From: Eledone cirrhosa
Lineage: Eukaryota
Direction: 5' to 3'
DNA: 64,000 nt
Assembly: GCA_964016885.1 (NCBI GenBank)
Contig: OZ024742.1
Coordinates: 307,148,001-307,212,000 of the forward strand
Shown here one piece after another: positions 1 through 12,597 of this stretch (positions within the stretch are counted from its first letter, which is position 1; every line of letters begins with the position of its first letter). The notes under the pieces were generated by a model. That model did no database searches. It saw only the letters and a program-made list of their open reading frames with translations, and was not told the origin of the DNA. The translations under genes and the position numbers were made by a program.

Positions 1-657
1 ATAAACATATATATATATATATATACAGTCATTATCGCCTGAATTTGATCATTCTATTGCAGGCGTTAGAAAGAATATTGCCAATCAAGTAACCTTAATG
101 TGTCATGCATGACCTTTTAATTTCACGACAATAAAATTTGAAGCGAGTGAACAGTATATCATATAATCATCTGCTAATTATTTATAGGAAATTCCGTGAA
201 GATGGAACGGTGATACATAAGACTATTGTAGTGGTCAAGAATTTGAAAGCATTGCTATTGTTATACGTGACATTGTGTTCTTTAATTGTGGATTTATATC
301 ATTGATTTACTGTTCTTAAATTTAAAATATATATTTCAGTTTATAATTTTAAAAAATACTTAATATTATATACGTTGATTTACTCTTCTTAATATAGGAG
401 ATATTAAAATTTTATTTATAATATATTCATCGTTATAAAGTGGACATAAACAATTGAAACTTATATATATGTATATACTTCAAGAAGATAAGCGTATTCA
501 ATATGCAAAGCTAATCAAGAACATAAGTTTTCCATAATGAAAGTATGTCATAATTGAGTTGGTTATCCAATATTACCAACAATGTTAAAGGGTTGCCTAT
601 ATTTTATTGCCTTTTTTCGGAAGTCGATGAAATAAATTCCGTAAATTTTGTACACTT

Positions 658-877
<220 letters not shown>

Positions 878-891
878 GTAGAGAAATTAAT

Positions 892-1077
892 TGTTTCTAC
901 TTTTGGCACAAGGCCAGCAATTATCCAGTGCATTACTGGTACTTTATTTTATCGACCCCGTAAGGATGAAAGGCAAAGTTAACCTCGGCGGGATTTGAAC
1001 TCAGAATGGCAAGGACCGTAACTCTATACGTCAAAGCATGGCGTCCGACCCTCTACCGATACTGCCAATCCACCGCC
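892..1077 (-). mobile_element. tRNA-derived SINE with Meta-domain-like core, full length
   Basis: A box TGGCAGTATCGG, B box GAGTTCAAATCC, core GCCTTTCATCCTTACGGGGTCGATAAA; 19-bp TSD TGAAAGTAGAGAAATTAAT at 873-891 and 1085-1103. Confidence 0.92.
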
Positions 1078-1745
1078 GTTGGATTGAAAGTAGAGAAATT
1101 AATGTGAACAAGAAGCCAACAGTATATATATATATATATATATTGTATATATTATGATTATCCGAAACCTTTCCCTTTCTTATTAGTGAAGGCACGTGGG
1201 TTAGGGGTTTGGATGTTCAGGTCACGGTCGCAATATTTTTAGACTGCCACATTTTTAGAGAATGTATTTTATCAGCATCCGCGCCCCGTAAATATTTTTT
1301 TTATATTTAACAATTTATTGTATAACCAAATATATAATTGTTCAAATTATTTTAAATAATTTGGCTAGATAATGTAAAGAACGAAACTATTGTGGTGAAA
1401 CTAACATTTCCATGTCTTTCTCTATATTACTAAGCAGCACGTTTGACACTTAATGTCTTGAAACAACATTAGGAATGCATTCTTGGAATGTACAGAACAT
1501 GACTATGAATGCATTCAATTATTGGGTCGTCAGGTATGAAATTTGTAGTGAGGCATATGGTCAACTGTTTTTATTTTTCCTCAAATTTCATTCTTGACGA
1601 TCCAATAAATATCCAAGTATTTATTTTAGTTTACTGGAAATATTCATAACGATCTGTCCACTAGTAAATATAACATTTGAATTAACAAACCCATTTTCAG
1701 CCAAATCCTTGTAGGATATTAAGTGTTATATCATTCATTTCACCT

Positions 1746-1829
<84 letters not shown>

Positions 1830-1944
1830 TATGTTTTACTTTTGTAGAACAGTACTTAATATAATGTTTGAGGTGACTTTTTCATGCTAATTTTACAGCC
1901 TACTAGTTATGTTATATGGTCTTGACTGTGTTAATTGGACGACA

Positions 1945-2320
1945 AGGTAATTTCAGAATCTCTCTACATTCCAGAACCACATCATGAGACTTATGACTGG
2001 CAAGCGGCTCAGCGCCCGTATCTGTATCAGTGAGCTGCTCAACATTACGAAACTTAGACCAATTACATCAATTGTCAAGTCAAGAGTACTCAAACTATAC
2101 GGCCATATAAAAAGATCAACTCAATGTTATGCCTGAAAGCAAGGTTGGCTGGTAAGAGAAACAAAGGCCGGCACCCAAAACGCTGGCTTGACAATGTCAA
2201 CTTATGCATTGGACTTGATCTTTCCTCTTTAAACTCTGCTGGAGATCGAACTTTGTGGAGACGAATATCTCATGTTAATGCGCAGTCTGCATTGGCGGAA
2301 TTTAGCGTCGCACATACCTA
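1945..2320 (+). mobile_element. Decayed RTE LINE 3' fragment
   Basis: LKLYGHIKR...AGKRNKGRHPKRWLDNV...DRTLWR, typical of the RTE ORF C-terminus. Confidence 0.75.
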
Positions 2321-2769
2321 ATATTAAAATAAAGAGAAAATGTGATATAAACTGTACAATTTAAATGACAATAAAGAAACTAAACTAAAAGAGGGGAAAA
2401 GAAATTAAGTAATGAGAGAAAAAGAAAACGGAGCGGAGTGATACATTCTACACCTGTGAGGTATGTCTCAGCTTCTCAGACAAAATACCGAAACCATTGC
2501 CGCGTAAAATGGCTAGCGAAACTCGCTGTAACAGCCACCCCACTTCCTAAGGCTCCCTCCTCGAGGGCTCCTTCCTAAGGCTGTCTTCCTGCTGTCTTTC
2601 TGATTTTACGGAGGTAAAATCAGTTTGGGGACCCGGGACACGAGGACACGAGGACACGAGGACACGAGGACACATGAAGTCTCGACGGCGACCGGCGTGA
2701 GATGCAGTCAAGTGACAATTTTACAAATAAATGCTATTTTGTATTCTTTACCTCTTTCCACTTTCAACA

Positions 2770-3578
2770 AACATTCCATTCCAACGCTGACCCCACAGCC
2801 CCTTTCACATGCAACGCTACCTCTTCTGCGGTACCTCACCACTCCCACATCATATTTGATGTCCAACTCTACCTACCACGGCCACCCTCCTTTCCAAAGC
2901 TACCCTAACACCAACTTGCCTTCCAACGTTACCCCTATTACAACCTAAACCGACCAGCGCTTGCCTTCACCACCATCTTGTCATGCAACGCTACTCCCAC
3001 TGCCAACTTCCTATTGAACGCTTGCTTCCGCCACCACCATGCCGCCCAATGCTATCCCCACCACGATCTTGCCAACCAATGCTTGCCCCACCACCACCTT
3101 ACCTTCCAACGTTTTCCCCACCACTACATTGACTTTCAACACCACTTTTCTTTCCAAGCCTACCTCTACCACCTCCTTGCCGTCCAATGCGATTCCCACC
3201 ACCTCTTTAACGTCCAACGCTACCCTCACAGCATCCTTGCCTTCCAACGTGACCACATCACCACCTCCACCTTACACTCTTGAATTTGCCGGCACCCTGG
3301 GTGGAGTGGCGCCATCCAGTTTTGGAATCAATAACATAGTTGGCTCTTCCAGCGCATCTGCCTTACCATCCTCCGGGGAAATGCCTTCTTCATTCTGTCC
3401 GCCGGGGCTGTGGAGAGGCCAACAGTGGGGCCCCATTTGCTCACTATACAGAGAAATGGGGAGGGCGAGAGAGATGGGGGCGATGGCGGTGGGAGTTCGA
3501 CTCTTCCGTGTTCGGACACATTGCACCTGTCAAGAGTGTATGTTCATATTTACTGCTATGACTAGTATTACACTGTAA
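2770..3578 (+). pseudogene. Thr/Pro/Ser-rich 30-bp-repeat ORF with frameshifted 5' part; product unknown
   Basis: 10-aa repeats (LPSNAIPTTT-like) in ORF 3039-3578; the same repeat continues upstream in shifted frames. Confidence 0.4.
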
Positions 3579-3837
3579 ATGAATACCTACTACTGTTGCT
3601 CTATTGTTAGTTCGAGAAGTAAACAGGAAAGAAAGAGAAGAGGAAAGGAGTCAGAAAAGAAAGGAGACAGTGGGAGATACGAAGAAAATAGAGAAAAGAG
3701 AGTGAGAGAGAATAGAGAGAAGGATGTGAGAGCGAGTGAAAAATAAAGGGTTAAAATGACGGTAGAGAAATAAAGAGAAATGGAGAGAAGGAGAAACGGG
3801 AAAGAAAGAAAATACTGAGTGATATCAGTGATGCACA

Positions 3838-4015
3838 TAATTGTTTCTACTTTTGGCACAAGGTCAACAACGACTCCAATGCATTACTGGTACTTTATTT
3901 TATCGACCCCGTAAGGATGAAAGACAAAGTTAACCTCGGCGGGATTTGAACTAAAAACGTAAAGGGCCATAACTCTATGCTACAAAGCATGGTGTCTGAC
4001 ACTCTACCGATACTG
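3838..4015 (-). mobile_element. SINE, same family, slightly 5' truncated
   Basis: High similarity to 892-1077. Confidence 0.88.
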
Positions 4016-4949
4016 GTAGATAATATTGATTGTGAGAGTCTGACGAAAAATGTTTCAGAAAAGAACTTGTCCAAGACATGAACGTCACAACCGCTACTGA
4101 TTTTGTTTCTAATAACCTCTAATTTTCTGCCTACCTCGATAAGACGATAAGCCACAAATGTGATGTATTCTTCCTCTATCATTCTGGCATAATGTCTCCT
4201 AAAGTATACTAGGAATCGGAACTGTTTTATTTCATTTAATGGAAGATAGTTCAAAATATAGTCTAAGGTAGATAACTCTAATATAGTTTCAGCAGGGGAA
4301 ATAACTGTATGTGTTTTGCGACACATTTTTCTACGTTATCTTAAAAAACAATTATATCTCACTCGAATCAAAACTTACTATATTTTAAAAAATAGAGCAA
4401 CACATTTCACATTAAACAACATTGGCCTAGATACACAATGCCTAACAAAAATACGAAATGAATAGAATTTGTAGATCAAACTTTACTTGGGCTCACACGA
4501 CAACAATTTCTAGCTTTTTTTTTTTTTTTAGGAAATATCTTATAATTTTAACCCTAGGTCAACCATGGTGCAGCAGACATATGATCAAATAGGTCAATCT
4601 GTGGCCAGTTAGTCTTTCTCTTAGACAATGTATCTAGAACAATATTATCCAGTGGACGCTGCATAGTTGAATGGTTATGACATTCGCTTCATAATTATTA
4701 GTTCCAGAGTTTGAGCCCACTGTTTGGCTACTTCACAAAGTGTCACTTACAAAACAACCTAGGGTTGACCCATGTCTCACAGAGTAGAAAGAGATGTAGA
4801 GAAAAAAGATGCTAGCAAGGTGATTAATATCAGTACATAAAAAGTATGGCTCTATACGAATATTCAAATCCACAGAAATCTCATAAATTTACTGTTTTAC
4901 CATTTTAATATTCGAGTTAGTTTTATGAGTTGAATAATAATAGAATTTT

Positions 4950-5155
4950 ATTCGGTAGGGCGTTGAACATCCTGCTTCGCAGAATAGATTTACGGCCCTT
5001 TACGTTCTGAGTTCAAATCTCGCCGGGGTTAGCTTAGCCTTTCGTCCTTACGGTGTCGATAAAATAAAGCACCAGTAATCAACTGGGGTCGATTTAATTC
5101 GACTTTGCCCTTCCCCAAAATTGCTGGCCTTGTGCCTATAGTAGAAATCCTTATT
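4950..5155 (+). mobile_element. SINE, related subfamily
   Basis: GAGTTCAAATCT B box, GTCGATAAAATAAAG core, GGCCTTGTGCCTA tail. Confidence 0.85.
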
Positions 5156-5259
5156 AAACAGAAGTATATTTCTGTTTAACAATAAAGCTCTATTATTATT
5201 TTATGAGCTGGTATTCTCCAGCCTGAAAGCGTCTGTGTTTACTCCATGTACGCGAGACG

Positions 5260-5490
5260 TGTGAATAAGTGATCAGGGATGTTCGGCTTACTTTCTCAAT
5301 ATCGTGCGTTTAAATTCCCGAGAGCGCATTGTGTCCTTCAGCAAGATTCTCCATTTACGGTTCTCTAGTCCACTCAGCTGGAAAAATGAGTTGTACCTCT
5401 TATTCGAAAGCCAGTCTTGTCACAGTCTGTGTAACACTGAATCTCTCTGAAAGATATGTTAAGTGTACTCGTGTCTGTGAAATATTCATA
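5260..5490 (+). mobile_element. Decayed SINE of a different core type
   Basis: GTGTCCTTCAGCAAGA...AGTCCACTCAGCTGG, resembling CORE/V-type SINE cores. Confidence 0.5.
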
Positions 5491-6000
5491 GTAAAATGTG
5501 AAGTCATGTGGTGCAACTGTTAGAATGTGCCTCTTCAAATCAGCCAAAGATTTGTATTCTGTGATGCATTCACGAATAAAACTAGTAAAAGAATATGTGT
5601 ATGCGGGGCAGAAAATTTTACTTGAAAAAATTATATGGAAAATGTGTTTTGTTTATTATATATGTTTGGTGTTGAACAATAAAGTCCCTATGTACATCAA
5701 CGTTTCTGGACTTTCTTGTCCTTATCTTCTTTAGGGGAGTGAGTTGTTAATGGAATTTCTGAAAACCGCCTTTTTATAGTTTACAGGAAGAATCGTGTCT
5801 ATGTTGATATTACTGATGATATCGTTTTCGCGAATTTAAATTTTAGCCTTTAACTCCAAGATAATTTTAATCATCAATTCTTAGTTTATGATCTGAGGGC
5901 TGTTACAGTCTGTTTCTTTGTTATTCGTAGTAAACTTACCATTCCTAACCGTCTAGATTTTTGTGAAATTCCATACAATATGGTTGTTATCAACTAACAT

Positions 6001-6168
6001 GTGCTTGCCAACTGTCATCACCCACGGAAGTGGGTGATGGCAGTTGACCTGGAGAAGTGGCTGAAAATTCCATCACATATCACTGTTTATGGTGAGACCA
6101 GATATCATCTTGGTTTGCGTGCTGACACAACACAACAGCTCATTCTACTGGAGCTAACTACTACCTTG
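6001..6168 (+). mobile_element. Fragment of an RLE-endonuclease LINE (HERO/R2-group like)
   Basis: WVMAVDLEKWLKIPSHIT / RPDIIL / QLILLELT across frameshifts, a PD-(D/E)xK-type signature. Confidence 0.7.
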
Positions 6169-6184
6169 GGGGGGGGAGGGAGGT

Positions 6185-6307
6185 ACAGGAAAGGGAAATG
6201 TAGTGTTTTGCTCAAGAACACAACACACAACCCAGTTTAAGAATCGAACCCGTGATATTATGATCGTAACTCTTAGGCCTCACGTAACCACTAGGCCACA
6301 CGTCTTC
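6185..6307 (-). mobile_element. CORE-type SINE head fragment
   Basis: Reverse strand GTGGCCTAGTGGTTA (A box), GGTTCGATTC (B box), GTGTTCTTGAGCAAAACAC. Confidence 0.65.
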
Positions 6308-6739
6308 AATTATATTTCCGTTGCTGATACTATTTTCCAGTTGTAACTCATAACAATGGTGATACTACTTTTTCGGTGATAGGACGTGTGATTTGAACTC
6401 AGGATACACAAAAGCTGAACAGTATTTTATTCCTCGAGGTCCAAAACGTGGAAAGTCAGGACTTTCTTCTTCTTCTTCTTCTTCTTCTTCTTCTTTGGAG
6501 GGTCGAAGGGACAGAGCCCTCAATCACCCCTTCAAGAGGTCCTATCAAACCGTAAGACTTTGTACTTAATACCTTTAAGCTTTGTCAAAATATAGTTTGG
6601 TTAATAACTAGAGATTTGTGCTTGCTTAATTATTAGACAGGGACTTTGAACTTAGTTAAAATATAGTACGTTATGGCTAGTCAAGTTATAGCACGTTTAT
6701 GCCTGGTTAAAATATAACTTCTTTGTGTTTTGTTAATAC

Positions 6740-7225
6740 ATAAATAAAAATTGGATACAGCAAATAAAAAATGGATCTATCAAGTAAAAAAATGGATCAC
6801 CCAAATAAAAAATGGATTCGCCCAAATAAAATAATGTATTCACCCAACTAAAAACTGAATCCATCAAATAAAAAATTGATTCACCCAAATAAAAAATGGA
6901 TCACCCAAATAAAAAAATGGATCCATCAAATAAAAAATGGATCACCCAAATAAAACATGGATCCATCAAATAAAAAATGGATCGCCCAAATAAAAAACGG
7001 ACCATCAAATAAAAAACGGACCCATTAAAAAATGGATCACCCAAATAAAAAATGAATCCATCAAATAAAAAATGGATCCTCAAATAAAAAATGGATACCC
7101 CAGTAAAAAATGGATCACCCAAATAAAAAATGGATCATCAAATAAAAAATGGATTCACCCAAATAAAAAAAATGTATTCATCCAAATAAAAACTGAATCC
7201 ATTAAATAAAAAATGGATTCACCTG
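6740..7225. repeat. Minisatellite of a 19-21 bp unit (CAAATAAAAAATGGATC[ACC/CAT]), about 24 copies
   Basis: Directly visible. Confidence 0.95.
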
Positions 7226-7834
7226 TATTTTTATGTGTGTGTTTGTGTGACTGAATATTCATGTGTGTGTGAGAGAGAAGGGGGAGGAGAGTGAGACGGT
7301 TTAGTTGCATATCTGTGTATATGTTACTTAACTTAGCAGTTCGACTGAAAGAAATCGATAAAATATGTACCAGACTTGAAAAACATTAGTACTGAAATTG
7401 ATATAACCGATTGAATTCCTTACGGCGGGTCACCAGAATGGCCTTTGTCTAATGATAATAACCGATATCAGTAGAAGAGGAGAGTATGCGTGTTAAAATT
7501 TTAGATATGATAGAATTTTAATGAGTTTGCAAGGAAACAGTAACGTTGAAACATATTTATGGTAGCGTTCGTTACTACTTTTTATCCATATTATTATTTT
7601 GCAGCCATAACCTTCGACAATTATGACTGCAGTATTCAGTTTATAGTCAACGTGTTATGACTCCAATATTCAGTTTATAGTCAATGTATTATGGATTAAT
7701 TTATAGAATCTTAGACACCAGTGAGTTGCCTCCCTTGTATCAACCTAAAATTTATACATTATTTCAAATTTACAAATTTACAAATTATTTCAAATTTACA
7801 AATTATTTCAAATTTACAAATTTCAAATTTACGA

Positions 7835-8022
7835 GGGCGGTGGATTGGCAGTATCGGTAGAGGGTCGGACGCCATGCTTTCCAGCATAGTTACGTCCCTT
7901 TACGATCTGAGTTCAAATCCCGCCGAGGTTGACTTTGCCTTTCATCCTTACGGGGTCGATAAAATAAAGTACCAGTAATGCACTGGGTAATTGCTGGCCT
8001 TGTGCCTAAAGTAGAAACAATT
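7835..8022 (+). mobile_element. SINE, young full-length copy
   Basis: Near-identical to 12619-12798; 15-bp TSD ATTTCAAATTTACGA at 7820-7834 and 8023-8037. Confidence 0.93.
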
Positions 8023-8547
8023 ATTTCAAATTTACGAATACACGACAGAATTTCTCTCTCTCTCTCTCTCTCTCTCCCTCTCTCTCTTTCGGTATACGAA
8101 TATGTGCGTGTGTATGTCAAATTATTATATTTTTTCTTCCGCCAACAAACCACGTATGGACATGAATGAAAAAAATAAATCACTACATCCCTTAGCGATC
8201 ACAGTAATTACTTCCCAAACTCTATAAACAAAAATATACACACAGATTTATATATACATACATACCACACACGCATATACACACAAAGTGAAAAGAAACC
8301 AGACTATTTCGTGTGAGAGACTATACCGGCCAATCTTACGTACATTATAAAACCATTCTGAACATTGACTTCGTTTCAAATCCACGTACACCTTTTAATT
8401 GTATATAGGTGTGCAGATCTTTTTGCATACACGCACAATACATAGAAAAACAGAAACAAAATTGAAAAAACAAAACATAAACAAACATTTTATTAATCTC
8501 GTTAACAAATGTGCTATTTTTGTTTACATTTTGTTCTACTGTACAGA

Positions 8548-8990
8548 TGGACAGACAGAACAAGATTACGATTGTGATATCCATGGATGAAGTCTGTGAT
8601 AAAACTTGGGGATGTTCCAAAATAGAACATTGCTCAGAAAATCACGCCTGTCATCTATGTACAGAACCAGAGAACTCCTTCCGAAATCGATGGGTTGAAT
8701 GTGGCAAATGTCGTGTATCTGTTTGCCTTTAATGTGCCACAAACTTTCGAAAGATCCTAGGTCAGAAAAAGAGACACCATATTTCTATGGTGGATGGACT
8801 CTGGGAAATGGTCCAGCTACCAAATTGATCCTGACCTGTGTGTCTGCTTCTACCATTGCTGTTGAACAATAACAACAAAAACCGACGATCGTGTCTTCCT
8901 CTACCATTGTTCCTGAACAACGGCAAAAACCAACGACCGTAGCCTCCACTACTACTCCTGTTGAAGGACATCATCAACAATATATATAAC
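8548..8990 (+). pseudogene. Decayed Cys-rich (PHD/RING-like) coding sequence followed by 16-17 aa repeats
   Basis: CHLC...WVECGKC...C(L*)C with an in-frame stop; VSxSTIxxEQxQKPT repeats. Confidence 0.4.
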
Positions 8991-10524
8991 TTGACGTAAC
9001 TATGATCTATATATGAGAAAGAATGCTTTATATATCAGTGGGAATGCTCTATATCAAAGGTTCTCAACGGGGGGGCATATGTTTTTGTGATGTTTTTAAA
9101 TAATATTTTTGAATGTATTTTTTGTGATGGCTTTAATGATGTTTTCGAATATACTTTTGATGTCTATAGAATTTCTTTCTAATAGACTCTATAGGCATTG
9201 TAAATCCTTACATACAAATACTTAATACCACTAACCTTTGCATAGACATAAGAAATGCTATCAAAATACATATATAAATTTTTATCTTAGAAAATATTAT
9301 ATAATAGTATAAAATCATATATAAAATAATTTTTCCATATATCATAATTAGAATTTTTTTTAAAGTAAATTCTAGAATTAACAGTAAATATAACTTAACT
9401 ATTTTAACTAAGAAATGTTAGAGTTATCTTTTCCTTTGAAATGTAACACGCTTACACGTTTTTTCTAAGTAACAGCTAAACTTTACATAAATATTAAAAT
9501 TTATTATAATTTCGTAAATTTATTCCTATCTTGATGCAACTATTGAATGTACAAAATAATCTTCTATAATAAAATAGAACTACTTCCTGTTTTCTTAAAA
9601 CATATATTGAAAATGTAAACAAACATTTATCGTAACTCTTCACATATAAAAGATATTTAAATTATCTATTTATTAATAAAAACAACATATATACTCACCA
9701 AAATTATTTATATATAAATAACCTGTCGTAATATAATAAAATAAAATATGCTTACAACTCTAATTTTCATAAAATATACTTTCAAATATTATCTCTATAA
9801 TATTAAAACACCATTAGAATTGATCCAATCGTATATATGAATACAACATATCTCTCACTTTTTAAATTAATATTCTCCCACTTTAACACATTTATAATTC
9901 TCACATTATATTATAGATACTCCCCAAACATATAATTAAATAATTAAATATAATTATTTCACTTTCTCTACGCCCTCACAAATGTGTTCCATACAATATG
10001 TTCCACACAAATATGTTCCATACATATATTAATATAAATTGTATATTTCTAACTCTAATATACTTTTTTCTTATATTCTTTTAAATTTATTCCATCCTAA
10101 TATTAACCTCTATCTCCTCTTCCCTTAAAAAATAATCCTAATAATTATTTAAATTTACCTAGCGTCTAAATATAACGATCTTTTTCAATTTTAACGTTAT
10201 CCTTTTAGCAGTATTAGTTGTAGATGTTATCGAGATACGAGTGACATAATAACAGCAGAAATTAGAGATGAAATATACGTTTATTTTTTGATGTAGCGCA
10301 AACAATGGTGTTGTACAGAGGCTGGTATCTGGCGTGTGATCCGTCGGCTTTCCAGTGGCTGTCTGTCTTTTCTTTCTGGCGTTCTCAACCGGCGTTGTTC
10401 TATCAAGGAGCGTGAGGCGTCTTACTACATCCTCATTAGTATATTCATCCAAAGATTTGAAATTCTTTTTCACTATTCAAAAGTTCTTGTTTTGAATATG
10501 TCACTGCCTGTAAAACAACTTTTA

Positions 10525-10586
10525 TATTTTATCTGATGAGCGCGTACCAAAAATGTTGGTACCCTTGAAATATATATAATAAAATA
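10525..10586 (+). ncRNA. Minimal type I hammerhead ribozyme motif (Penelope-type)
   Basis: Stem I TATTTTAT/ATAAAATA, CTGATGA core, stem II with GTACCAA/TTGGTAC, GAAA, palindromic TATATA stem III, AUA cleavage triplet. Confidence 0.7.
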
Positions 10587-10718
10587 AGTATGGTTTTATA
10601 AAGATAATTTCCATTTATTAATACTTTTGATATTATACTCCAGAAGAAATCTGTAGAGTACTTCTAATCTGTTATAAACTAATTTTGTTGAATAACCAAC
10701 AAATTAAATAACTCATTG

Positions 10719-10753
<35 letters not shown>

Positions 10754-11120
10754 CATTTAGCTTCTCACCCCGTTCTTTGGTAGAACGAAAACCTGTTGAT
10801 GAACTGAATCCTCTGTTCGATCACGAATACCACGAGCTTGCTAGTTACGTAAGTCTGATATTTGATTTCGGATTCATAGAAACACTTTAAACGTATAACG
10901 TTTGATTTGTCCAGGTGTATTTTTCTCAACCTGTTAGTTCTTTCGTTACTTTGGTATATTGTGTGTTAGATTTTGCCTACCACAATGTTCAATTTGTCAA
11001 GCTATTTAAACGTATGTTATTACTCTGAGGACCTACCTTGTCGAGTGCTTTACTAACTCATTCTCATAGTAGGCCGAATTTGCTTGCACACCGCCAGAGA
11101 TTCGATTTTACTAAGTATCC

Positions 11121-11174
<54 letters not shown>

Positions 11175-11178
<4 letters not shown>

Positions 11179-11420
11179 AGTTTGACAAGAAGCTTGCTTC
11201 CCAACCACATGTTTCCAGGTTCAGTCCCACTGCCCGGGCCGACCAAAGCCCTGTGTGTGGATTTGATAGACCCAAACTAAAAGAAGCGCGTCCTATATGT
11301 GTATATATGTCTGTGTGTGTCTTTGCGTTTGTGTTTGCCCTCCCACCAATGCTTGTTAGTTTGTTGACGTCCCCATAACTTACCAAGGTGATGCTCCAGC
11401 ATGGGCGTAGTCCAGAGACA
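11175..11420 (+). mobile_element. Decayed tRNA-derived SINE of another family
   Basis: CCCAACCACATG...GGTTCAGTCCCACTG head, CCGACCAAAGCC...GGATTTG body, GGTGATGCTCCAGCATGG tail. Confidence 0.6.
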
Positions 11421-12597
11421 GAAAAAAAAAGTAAAGCGTATATATATATATGTGTGTGTGTAGAAGAGGGGTCTCAAACTCAAAGACATAAAAGGGCCAT
11501 TACGTCCTGGAGGAGAGGCACAATGGGCCAGGCGTGGTGGTGAGCGATGATTTTCACCAGTTATAATCATTTCTACTATAGGCACAAGGCATGAAAAAGG
11601 GGGAATTTGGCCGAAATAGGTTGAAAACATGTGCTCTATATCGATGACAGCATTTTGCATTAATATTATGATTCTGCATATTCCTATAGTATATATGGCG
11701 TTGTTATTTGACCTTGTTGAAAAGAGCAGTGGCCTTTGACCCGGCAATAAAAACTGGAGACAAAATTCTTTCTGTACCCAAAACAAGACACACACACACA
11801 AGTTTGTGTGTGTGTGCACGCGTTTAAGTGTGTGTATCTATCTATGTATATATATATATATATATATATATAGGGGATACAGATATTGTTTGCTCACTGT
11901 CACTAAGCATCTCAATTCATTCGTTGCAACTAAGTTTGTGATCGAGGCACTTTATTTTGCAAGGTACTATTTTCCCCTCGAGTTTGTGATTCCAGAGAAA
12001 GGTAGAACATTTTTCATATTTTGCATCTTTTGTATTTTGGCTTTACAGTTTGAATTGTAGAATTGTCTATCCACTTAAAATATTGCAACAGCTAACAGTG
12101 AAATATAGAATTTAAAAAAAGCTTTTTCGACTGAGATCAAGTCTTTAAGAACATTCACGTCTATTTTTAATATAATTTGAAATAGTTTGCTTTTGTTTTG
12201 GACTGAAACTTTTTTGTATTTAATTCGTACGAGTATTTTTTAAAGAATTTTTTAAATATTCTAACATAACTTGATTTGGCCCAGTAATCAGATATCAAAA
12301 TCAGTAGTATATTGAAAAATGGAAAAATAGGGTAAGGGGGCGTTTCGTGATTTCGATGGGCAAAATGGGAAATTTGGCCGAAATGGGTTGAGAACCTGTG
12401 CTCTATATCGATGACAGCATTTTGCATTAATATGATTCTGCATATTCCTATAGTATATATGTAAATAGCAATGGAAACAGCGGAGGGTAGTCGTTCCTGA
12501 TTTGTGGACGTATATCTATGATCACATTATTCGGTGTCGTGATCGGGTTCAGTGGTCAGGTAGAAGACCTACCTTCATATGTATGTATGTATATAAG

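Noticed and set aside
3590-3859. Hydrophobic F/S/L-rich ORF
   Set aside because: Reverse of a GA-rich low-complexity tract, starting within a SINE
6901-7122. 73-aa hydrophobic ORF
   Set aside because: Translation of the minisatellite
7835-7925. tRNA gene
   Set aside because: A and B boxes belong to a SINE head followed by core, tail and TSD; no proper cloverleaf
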